From Opitutaceae bacterium (GTDB lineage: Bacteria; Verrucomicrobiota; Verrucomicrobiia; Opitutales; Opitutaceae): a stretch of DNA of 45,193 bases. Where the stretch lies: NCBI GenBank assembly GCA_031411915.1, contig JANOCA010000578.1, positions 1 through 45,193 on the forward strand, in the 5' to 3' direction. Shown one piece after another: positions 26,552-33,854 of the stretch. Each line of letters begins with the position of its first letter. The stretch's first letter is position 1. Below the pieces are notes generated by a model that worked only from the letters and a program-made list of their open reading frames with translations, made no database searches and was not told the origin of the DNA. Position numbers and translations under genes: made by a program.

Positions 26552-26623
26552 CCCGCTTCGGGAGAAGCGGGAGGGCGCGAGGTGTGCCGCGGGTTCCGTC
26601 CCGCCTCTCCCGAGGCGGGCTAT
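26548..26623. repeat. REPIN: two inverted 24-nt GTAG REP units with 28-nt spacer
   Basis: GTAGCCCGCTTCGGGAGAAGCGGG (26548-26571) and CCCGCCTCTCCCGAGGCGGGCTAT (26600-26623); same family as 32047-32122. Confidence 0.85.
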
Positions 26624-27774
26624 AACGCCCCCCTGAGCGCGTGGGCGAGTTCCTCGGGCGTGAGCACGAGGGGATTCGCCTTCATGCTGCTGGCCTTCTC
26701 GCCGGCGGCGACAATCGCGGGTAAGTCGGCCGGCGTGATCCCGTAGGCGCGCAGCGGCGGAATGCCGAGCGCGGCGACGAGTTCGCGCACCCACGAAAGC
26801 AGATCCTCGGCCGTTGCGTGCGGCGCGCCCGTGACCATTCGCGCGATCTCGGCGAAGCGCGGCAGGGCGGGCAACTGCGGCGCGCGGGCGCGGAGGGCGG
26901 CGAAGTTGGTTTCCAAAAGGTGCGGCAAGAGCGCCGCGCAGACGGCGCCGTGCGGCGCGGGAAACATGCCGCCGATCGGGCCGGCGAGGCCATGCACGGC
27001 GCCGAGGCCGGCGTTGGCGAGCGCGAGGCCGCCGTGCAGGCTGGCCAGCGCCATGTCCGCGCGGGCGTCGGCATCGCGGCCGTTTTCCACGGCGCGGCGG
27101 AGGGAGCGCGCGGCTCGCCGGAGGCCGTCGGCGCAGAACGCGTCCGTCATCGGGTTGGCGCGGATCGAGAGATACGGCTCGATGAGCTGCGTGAGGGCAT
27201 CGAGCCCCGTGGCCGCCGTGATCGCCGGCGGCAGATCGCGCGCGAGCTCGGGATCGACGAGCGCGACCCGCGGGAGCATCGAGGCGTGGCGCAGGCTGGC
27301 CTTCATGCGATGGGCGGGCGAGGCGAGGACGGCGTTGCGCGTGACCTCGGAGCCAGTGCCGGCCGTCGTGGGAATCGCGATGCACGGCGCGGCCGGGAGG
27401 GAGAGCGGCTGGCCGCGACCGACGACCTCGAGCCAGTCGAGCGGGTCGCCGGGGTTCGCGAGCAGGGCGGCGACAGCCTTCGCGGCGTCGAGCGCCGCAC
27501 CACCGCCGAAACCGATCACGAAATCGCACTCCGCCGCGCGCGCCACCGCCGCGGCCTGCACGGCGTCGTCGATCGTCGGCTCGCGCGCGACCGCGGCCGT
27601 GGTGATTTCGACGCCGGCGCCGCGCAGCAGCCCGAGCAGCCGCGCCGCGCGCGTCTGGTCGCGGCCGGTGACGACGAGCGCATGCCGCCCGTGCGCCCGC
27701 GCGATCGGGCCAATCTCGGCGAGCGCGCCGGGGCCGAAGACGATGCGGCCGGCGGTGGCGAACTCGAAGCGCAT
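26620..27774 (-). CDS. Iron-containing (group III) alcohol dehydrogenase
   Basis: True start [16 protein letters not shown] (ATG 27774); GFGGGAALDAAKA, AIPTTAGTGSEVT, GLDALTQLIE, GLGAVHG, PHG. Confidence 0.92.
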   Translation of the reverse strand: MRFEFATAGRIVFGPGALAEIGPIARAHGRHALVVTGRDQTRAARLLGLLRGAGVEITTAAVAREPTIDDAVQAAAVARAAECDFVIGFGGGAALDAAKAVAALLANPGDPLDWLEVVGRGQPLSLPAAPCIAIPTTAGTGSEVTRNAVLASPAHRMKASLRHASMLPRVALVDPELARDLPPAITAATGLDALTQLIEPYLSIRANPMTDAFCADGLRRAARSLRRAVENGRDADARADMALASLHGGLALANAGLGAVHGLAGPIGGMFPAPHGAVCAALLPHLLETNFAALRARAPQLPALPRFAEIARMVTGAPHATAEDLLSWVRELVAALGIPPLRAYGITPADLPAIVAAGEKASSMKANPLVLTPEELAHALRGAL

Positions 27775-28079
27775 CACCACTCCCCGTCGGCCGGGAACAC
27801 GTGGGCGAATTTCACGCTTGTGCGCGGCGCGGCCATCATCGGGGCCACGGCGTCGCGCCACGCGACGTAGTGCGCGGTCTCCTTGTGCGCGCCGGGCGCG
27901 GCGGCGTCGCGATACGCCTCGACCAGGACGAAGCGCGCCGGGTCGTCCGCCTGCTGCACGACGTCGAAGCGCGCGATGCCGGGCTCGCGGACGCTGGCGC
28001 GGGCATTGGCGAGCGTGGCCGCCTTGAACGCCTCGATGCACTCGGGGCGCACGTGGACCTGGACATGGACGACGAGCAT
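27774..28079 (-). CDS. Antibiotic biosynthesis monooxygenase (ABM) / LsrG-like protein
   Basis: [13 protein letters not shown]...[16 protein letters not shown]...FVLVEAY...[17 protein letters not shown]; 101 aa. Confidence 0.87.
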   Translation of the reverse strand: MLVVHVQVHVRPECIEAFKAATLANARASVREPGIARFDVVQQADDPARFVLVEAYRDAAAPGAHKETAHYVAWRDAVAPMMAAPRTSVKFAHVFPADGEW

Positions 28080-28228
28080 GGCGGTGAGCCTGCGCGCCGC
28101 GCAGTCGGGGCCAACCCGGAAAATCAGCGGTTCCCGCCAGCCGGTTTCCCTTGCCGGACGCCGGGCCGCTCGGTAGCGGAATACTCCTGCGTTCTGCGAA
28201 CATCCCCCTCCGACCCGCCCACCTCCCA

Positions 28229-29356
28229 ATGAACCTCCGCATCCTCCTCACGACCGCCTTGTGCGCATGCTCCGCCGCCGCCTTTGCCGCCGACGCCCCC
28301 AAGGGTGGCGACAAGGACAAAAAAGCCCCGGCGCCCAAGACGCCCGCCGATCTCGCCTTCGATGAATTCGACAAAGCCCGCAAGGAGCCCGGTCCCAAGG
28401 ATCAGGCGCGCTTTGGCAAAGTGATCGCGGCGGGCGTCAACTACATCGTCAAGAACCCGACTCACGGGCGGATCAACGAGGTGGTCCGGGAACTCGCATT
28501 CTACGGCAACAACAACATCGACCCCAAGCAGGCGGCGCTGCGCACTTCCTATCTCTCGAACCTCCGGCTCGAGGTGACCAACCAGCGCTTCAAGGATGGC
28601 GTGAGCGAGCAGGCCGTGGCCGCGCTGCTCGCGGTGGACGCCGCCTCGGTGGATGCCGAGGTGCGCGCCACGCCGACGCCCGCCGGCCTTGTGACGCTGC
28701 GCGAGAAGATCGACGAGCTGGCCGCCGCGCCGCAGTCCGGGCGTTTCCTTTTTGATCGCGAGCGTTCCTACGTCCACCTGCTGCTGGCGCTGCTGGCACC
28801 GAATTTTGCCAAGGCGGAGGAGCATCTGAAAAAGCTGCTCACCCACGCCGACAAGGGCATCGCCGGCATGGCGCAGACCGAGCTGAACCTCATCGAGGTG
28901 CGCAAGGCCCCCTACGATCTGAAGTTCACGGCCATGGACGGCAAACCGGTCGATCTCGCGCAGCTCCGGGGGAAAGTGGTCGCGCTTTATTTCTGGGCGA
29001 CGACCAACCGTGGCTCGGTGACGAACTTCGACGGCTTGCAGCGCATCGCCTCCGACTATCGCCGCAAGGGCTTCGAACTGGTGACCGTGAACTTCGACAA
29101 GCAGGAGGACGAGGCCAAGGTGAAGAACGCGATCAAGGAGGCTGGCTTCAAGGGCCCCGTGCATTTCGACGGCAAGGGCGCGAAGAACGCCTTCGCCCCC
29201 AAGCTCAACGTGACGGGCGTCCCGGCCCTGCTGCTCTTCGATCAGAAGGGCATCCTGCAGGTGTCGATGCAGGGCCTCACCCTCACGCCCAACCTGCCCG
29301 TCAACCAAATCGAGGGCCACGTGAAGCGCCTGACCGAGCCGCCGGCGAAGAAGTAG
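28229..29356 (+). CDS. Exported TlpA/ResA-like thioredoxin-fold protein lacking the CxxC motif
   Basis: Signal peptide, helical N-domain, then [33 protein letters not shown]...[12 protein letters not shown]; start at ATG 28229. Confidence 0.8.
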   Translation: MNLRILLTTALCACSAAAFAADAPKGGDKDKKAPAPKTPADLAFDEFDKARKEPGPKDQARFGKVIAAGVNYIVKNPTHGRINEVVRELAFYGNNNIDPKQAALRTSYLSNLRLEVTNQRFKDGVSEQAVAALLAVDAASVDAEVRATPTPAGLVTLREKIDELAAAPQSGRFLFDRERSYVHLLLALLAPNFAKAEEHLKKLLTHADKGIAGMAQTELNLIEVRKAPYDLKFTAMDGKPVDLAQLRGKVVALYFWATTNRGSVTNFDGLQRIASDYRRKGFELVTVNFDKQEDEAKVKNAIKEAGFKGPVHFDGKGAKNAFAPKLNVTGVPALLLFDQKGILQVSMQGLTLTPNLPVNQIEGHVKRLTEPPAKK

Positions 29357-29383
29357 GCCACACCTGGTTTTTCCTGCGCCAAA

Positions 29384-29416
29384 CGCCGGCCCGACGCGGG
29401 CCGGCGCTTTTGTTTT
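29384..29416 (+). terminator. Rho-independent terminator
   Basis: CGCCGGCCCG-ACG-CGGGCCGGCG 10-bp stem followed by CTTTTGTTTT, 27 nt after the stop at 29356. Confidence 0.85.
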
Positions 29417-29444
29417 CGCGCGCGCACTGTGCCGGTCGCGGGGC

Positions 29445-29472
29445 TTGCACCGATGGCGCGGAGAGCTAGGGT
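29445..29472 (+). promoter_or_regulatory. Putative sigma70 promoter of the antitoxin-Doc-tcdA unit
   Basis: TTGCAC-N16-TAGGGT, 9 nt before ATG 29482; no SD, so near-leaderless. Confidence 0.4.
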
Positions 29473-29481
29473 TAGCCCACC

Positions 29482-29679
29482 ATGAGCGCCGTTGAAGTCA
29501 TCGCCATCATCGATACCCTGCCGTTGGCCGAACAACAGCGGGTGCGGGAATACTTGGAGAAGAAAACCCCCGTGGCCGGAAGCGATGGCGTGCGGCGGAT
29601 GGACTTGGCCAAGGCCAAGGCCATCGGGGAGGGAATTTTCGATCGGCACGACGAGCTGTTCCGCAAGCTGGCGCAGTGA
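29482..29679 (+). CDS. Putative antitoxin of the Doc-family toxin
   Basis: 65 aa; stop overlaps the toxin start (GTGA); C-terminal helix IFDRHDELFRKLAQ resembles Doc-neutralising tails. Confidence 0.7.
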   Translation: MSAVEVIAIIDTLPLAEQQRVREYLEKKTPVAGSDGVRRMDLAKAKAIGEGIFDRHDELFRKLAQ

Positions 29680-30068
29680 GCACGAAGCAGCCGGAGTTTC
29701 TCACTTGGGATATCCTCGTCGCGTTGCACCGCCGCTCGCTTGATCGCTGGGGCGGCCTCGACGGAGTGCGTGATCGTGCGGGGCTTGAGTCGGCCCTGGG
29801 CGCCGCTGAGAACGTGTTTTTCTACGGCGGTGGCGACCTCCACGAGATTGCCGCCGCCTACGCGTTTCACTTGGCCGAAAGCCAGGGGTTCTTGGACGGC
29901 AACAAACGCACCGCCATCGCGTCCGCCACGGTCTTTCTCGAAGGCAACGGTTGCTCGGATCGGGCGGAAGACCTCGTGCTCTACGCCGCCATGATCGCCA
30001 TCGCCAAGCGCGAGCTCGACAAGGCCGGGCTTGCCGCGGTGCTGCGCAAGCAGTTTCCGAAAACGTGA
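29676..30068 (+). CDS. Fic/Doc (death-on-curing) family toxin
   Basis: H...L...GG..GVRD.AGLESAL, AAAYAFHLAESQGFLDGNKRTA (Doc-type motif with Q in the His position). Confidence 0.88.
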   Translation: MSTKQPEFLTWDILVALHRRSLDRWGGLDGVRDRAGLESALGAAENVFFYGGGDLHEIAAAYAFHLAESQGFLDGNKRTAIASATVFLEGNGCSDRAEDLVLYAAMIAIAKRELDKAGLAAVLRKQFPKT

Positions 30069-30895
30069 GTGCGACCACCGCGCAGTTGCCGACCGCGTCC
30101 ATCGGTTCTGGTTACGCCGAGCGCTTCGGCGGCGTGGCGCGGCTCTTCGGCCACGCGGGTCTCGAGCGCCTGCGGGCGGCGCATGTGTGCATCGTCGGCG
30201 TCGGTGGGGTTGGCTCGTGGGTGGTCGAGGGCCTCGCGCGCAGCGGCGTGGGTGCGCTGACCCTCATCGATCTTGATGATGTTTGCGTGACCAACGTCAA
30301 CCGCCAGCTCCCGGCGCTCGATGGCACGGTCGGGCGGCCGAAGGTGGCGGTGCTCGCGGAGCGCGTGCTGCTCATCAATCCCGAGTGCCGCGTCGAGACG
30401 GTGGCGGAATTTTTCACCGCGGCGACCGCGGAGCGCCTGCTCGCGCCGCGCTTCGACTACGTGGTGGATGCCGTCGATCTGATGTCGCACAAGGCGCTGC
30501 TCATCGCCGGGTGCCGTGAGCGCGGCCGCCGGGTGCTCACGGTCGGGGCGGCCGGGGGCCGGCGTGATCCGGGAAAAATCATGATGGGCGATATCGGCGA
30601 GGCGGGCGACGAGCTGCTGCGGCAGGTGCGGAAGAAACTGCGGCGCGATCACGGCTTCGCGCCGGGTGCGCACCGCGGCATCACGCGGCTGGGCATCCCG
30701 GCGGTGTGGTCGACCGAGGCGCCGATCTTCCCGTGGGCGGACGGCACGTGCGCGGCCAGGCCGGAACCGGGCAGTAATCTCACGCTCGATTGCGCGACGG
30801 GCTTCGGCACGGCGGCGTTTGTCACAGGCGCCTTCGGGCTCATGGCGGCGGGCGAGGTGGTGCGCGCGATTGCCGCGCCACCGGCGTCGGCTTAA
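30065..30895 (+). CDS. tcdA: tRNA threonylcarbamoyladenosine dehydratase (ThiF/E1-like)
   Basis: RFGGVARLFG, VGVGGVGSWVVEGLARSGVG, DLDDVCVTNVNRQ, YVVDAVD, LDCATGFGTAAFVTGAFG; GTG 30065 overlaps the Doc stop. Confidence 0.92.
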   Translation: MSATTAQLPTASIGSGYAERFGGVARLFGHAGLERLRAAHVCIVGVGGVGSWVVEGLARSGVGALTLIDLDDVCVTNVNRQLPALDGTVGRPKVAVLAERVLLINPECRVETVAEFFTAATAERLLAPRFDYVVDAVDLMSHKALLIAGCRERGRRVLTVGAAGGRRDPGKIMMGDIGEAGDELLRQVRKKLRRDHGFAPGAHRGITRLGIPAVWSTEAPIFPWADGTCAARPEPGSNLTLDCATGFGTAAFVTGAFGLMAAGEVVRAIAAPPASA

Positions 30896-30904
30896 GGTCC
30901 AGTC

Positions 30905-32017
30905 ATGAGACTCGGATTCGTTTTTCTGGCGCTGACGGTCGTCGTGTCGATGCGCGCCGCCGAACCCGTGCGGCTCGGCTTCTTCATGTCGATCACGGGA
31001 CGCGACGCTTCGTTTGGCGAAGCCTCGCTTCGGGGCGCACGCCTCGCGGTCGATGAGATCAACGCCGCTGGCGGTGTGATCGGTCGCCCGCTGGAACTCG
31101 TCGTGGAGGACAACCGTTCGCAGGCCGGCGAATCCGCCACCGCTGCCAAAAAATTGATCGCGCGCGATCGCGTGGTCGCGCTCATCGGTGAATGTTCGTC
31201 GTCGCGCACGCTCGAAGCCGCACCGGTGGCGCAGGCCGCGGGCGTGCCGCTGATCACGCCGGCCTCGACGAACCCTAAGGTGACCGAGACGGGCGACGCC
31301 ATTTTCCGCGTGTGCTTCGTCGATCCGTTTCAGGGCGAGGTGCTCGCGACCTTCGCGCGCCAGCGCCTCGGGTTGAAACGCGCCGCGCTGCTGATCGAGG
31401 CGGGCTCGCCCTACTCGGTGGGCCTCGCGGAGTATTTCGCCAAAACCTTCACGGCGCTCGGCGGCGAGATCGTGGGCACGCAGAAATACGCCGGGGCCGA
31501 CACGGATTTCCGCGCGCAGCTCACTGCGCTGCGGGCCGCGCAGCCGGATGCCCTGTTCCTGCCCGGCTACTATGTCGCGGCCGGGCTGGTGGCGCAGCAG
31601 GCGAAGCAGCTTGGCCTCGCGGCCACGCTCCTCGGCGGCGATGGCTTCGAGGCCCCGCAGCTCCTGGAGATCGGCGGCAAGGCGCTCGAGGGCGCCTATT
31701 ATTCCTCGCATTTTTCCGATGCGAACTCCGCGCCCGAGTCGCGGCGCTTTGTCGCGGCCTATCGTGCGCGGCACGGCGCGGTGCCCAACGGCCTCTCCGC
31801 GCTCACTTACGATGCCGTCAAGCTTGCGGCCGATGCCATCACGCGCGCCGGCACCGCGGAAAAAACGGCGCTCCGCCGTGCGCTCGCGGACACGAAGGAG
31901 TTCCCGGGCGTCACCGGCCGCACGGCGATCAACGTGCAGCGCGATGCGGACAAGGACGCCGCGATCATCACCGTGCGCGGGGGCCGGCTTGAGTTTGTGG
32001 AGACGGTGCGACCGTAA
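30905..32017 (+). CDS. Branched-chain amino acid ABC transporter substrate-binding protein (LivJ/LivK-like)
   Basis: Signal peptide; LAVDEINAAGGVIGRPLELVVED, TPASTNP, FRVCFVDPFQG, DFRAQLT, GVTG. Confidence 0.9.
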   Translation: MRLGFVFLALTVVVSMRAAEPVRLGFFMSITGRDASFGEASLRGARLAVDEINAAGGVIGRPLELVVEDNRSQAGESATAAKKLIARDRVVALIGECSSSRTLEAAPVAQAAGVPLITPASTNPKVTETGDAIFRVCFVDPFQGEVLATFARQRLGLKRAALLIEAGSPYSVGLAEYFAKTFTALGGEIVGTQKYAGADTDFRAQLTALRAAQPDALFLPGYYVAAGLVAQQAKQLGLAATLLGGDGFEAPQLLEIGGKALEGAYYSSHFSDANSAPESRRFVAAYRARHGAVPNGLSALTYDAVKLAADAITRAGTAEKTALRRALADTKEFPGVTGRTAINVQRDADKDAAIITVRGGRLEFVETVRP

Positions 32018-32046
32018 CGGCGGGCGTCCCTGCCTGCTGAGGCTTG

Positions 32047-32122
32047 GTAGCCCGCCTCGTGAGAGGCGGGACGGGCGGCATATTTGACTCTGGACAATCC
32101 CGCTTCTCACGAAGCGGGCTAC
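32047..32122. repeat. REPIN: two inverted 24-nt GTAG REP units with 28-nt spacer
   Basis: GTAGCCCGCCTCGTGAGAGGCGGG (32047-32070) and CCCGCTTCTCACGAAGCGGGCTAC (32099-32122). Confidence 0.87.
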
Positions 32123-32203
32123 GGGATCCGCTGCTGTGCTGAACCGGCGCTGAGAGCTTCGGGCTTTCGCTGCGGCGCGTTTCCGTGTAGCCACCGCCTC
32201 GCC

Positions 32204-33778
32204 ATGCCTCACCTCGCGCGTTTGGTTGCTCTGCTTATCACCGTGCTGGCGTTCAGCGCCTGCCAGAAAAAATCCGAGGCGCCGGCGGCCTCGTCCGCCA
32301 CGAGTCCCAAGTCCGGGGCGGGGAACGCGCTCACTGTCGCGGTCGTGCCTCCGGCCGAGCGCAGCCCGGCGTTCACCGCGGTGACCAAGCATCTCGAGCT
32401 CGGCGGCACGCTCTACGGCTACGTGGACGTGGATGGCGATTTGCTCCACGTGGCGGGCAGCCTGCAGACCATCCTGAACGAAGCGGCGAAGACGCAGCCG
32501 CAGGTGCGACCCTTCGTGCAGCAGGACTTCGGCGCGATCCTGAAGCTGCTCGGTCTCACCGACGTGAAGGCGCTCGGCGCCAGTTCCGTGCCGGACGGCA
32601 CCGGGTATTTTCGCAACCGGCTCTTCGTCTACACTGGCACGGAACGGCATGGACTTATGGCCGCCGTGGGCGGCAAGCCCGGTCCGCTCAGGCACATTGG
32701 CCTCGCCCCGGCCGATGCCGCGTTTTTCGGCGAGAGCGAGATGGATTTGGGCGTGGTGTATCGCACGATTCGCGAGGTGGTGGCCAAGGTCGCGGGCGAG
32801 CCCGCGGGCAACGAGCTGGAGAACACGCTGAAGAAAGTCGGCGAGGCTGCGGCCATCTCGATCATCGATCTCATCTATGGGCTAAGGGGCCGGTCGGCCA
32901 TCGTCGTGCATGCTGATAAAGAGAAGACGATTCGTCTGCCGGGCCGTGACGGCTTGATGCTGCCGGCGATCTCCGTGCTCGTGGCGATTGATGGCGTGGG
33001 GCCGGTCGTGGAGCGCGCCATCACGCGGACCGGACAGTTTCGCCGCAGCGAGGAGGGCAGCCTGAAGCTCTATGAATTTGCGGAGCCCCTGCCGATCGAG
33101 GGCTTGGCGCCGGCCTTGGCCGTCGATGGGGGCACGCTCTACTTCACGACCTCGGCGGCCTTCCTTAAGCAATGCCGTGCGCAGGCGACGGGCTTGGCGC
33201 AGACGGCGGAGTTCAAGCAGGCGTTGACTCAAGTCGGCGCCGAGAACAATGGGGTGACCTACGTGAGCCCGCGTTTGCTCGAAGCCGCCCGTGGCGTCCT
33301 GAAGCTGAACCCCGGTCTCCCGCCCGAGCAGACCACGATGATGAATTTCATCTTCTCCCAGTTCGGCACGATCGATCGGCCGCTGGTGGCATCGCGCATC
33401 AACCTCGGCGACGGCATCCTTGTCCGCTCGCACCTCAACCGCTCGATGAAGCAGGACCTCGCGGCCGTCGCGATCTACAACCCGGTGACGCTCGGCGTCA
33501 TCGCGGCGATGGCGATTCCGTCGTTCCAGAAGGTGCAGGGTTCGTCGCAGGACAAAGCGGTGCTGAACAATCTCCGCCAGCTCGCCGCCGCGGCGGACCA
33601 GCACTACCTTGAGACCGGCACCACGACCGCGACCTACGAGCAGCTCGTGGGGCCCACCCGCTACATCAAGACCCTCGTCCCGGTGGCCGGAGAAAACTAC
33701 CGCACGATACGCTTCCAAGTGGGCCGGCCGATCAGCGTGCGGCTGCGCGACGGGCGCGTGGTGGACTACGCGCCGTAG
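32204..33778 (+). CDS. Putative lipoprotein with C-terminal type IV pilin-like domain
   Basis: Start MPHLARL (ATG 32204); lipobox-like VLAFSA-C; ends with GVIAAMAIPSFQKV..SSQDKAVLNNLRQLAAAADQHYLE.G...LVGPTRYIK.L.PVAGE.Y. Confidence 0.75.
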   Translation: MPHLARLVALLITVLAFSACQKKSEAPAASSATSPKSGAGNALTVAVVPPAERSPAFTAVTKHLELGGTLYGYVDVDGDLLHVAGSLQTILNEAAKTQPQVRPFVQQDFGAILKLLGLTDVKALGASSVPDGTGYFRNRLFVYTGTERHGLMAAVGGKPGPLRHIGLAPADAAFFGESEMDLGVVYRTIREVVAKVAGEPAGNELENTLKKVGEAAAISIIDLIYGLRGRSAIVVHADKEKTIRLPGRDGLMLPAISVLVAIDGVGPVVERAITRTGQFRRSEEGSLKLYEFAEPLPIEGLAPALAVDGGTLYFTTSAAFLKQCRAQATGLAQTAEFKQALTQVGAENNGVTYVSPRLLEAARGVLKLNPGLPPEQTTMMNFIFSQFGTIDRPLVASRINLGDGILVRSHLNRSMKQDLAAVAIYNPVTLGVIAAMAIPSFQKVQGSSQDKAVLNNLRQLAAAADQHYLETGTTTATYEQLVGPTRYIKTLVPVAGENYRTIRFQVGRPISVRLRDGRVVDYAP

Positions 33779-33854
33779 GCGGAAAAGACATTTCAAGGCG
33801 CGGCAACGCGGTTCTTGCCCTCGCCGCCCGGGACCGCGAAGCTGACCGGTTCCC

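Noticed and set aside
20964-28398. Long N-terminal extensions in the ORF track (to 22112, 25313, 24463, 28398) suggesting fusions
   Set aside because: The extensions overlap neighbouring real genes in other frames; family homology starts at the internal Met/Val chosen.
26548-32122. 24-nt repeats with 28-nt spacers as a mini CRISPR array
   Set aside because: The units are inverted pairs 5.5 kb apart, begin with GTAG, and there are no cas genes. They fit REPINs.
29981-32695. 904-aa minus-strand ORF
   Set aside because: Spans several well-supported plus-strand genes; Arg/Ala-rich with no recognisable domain.
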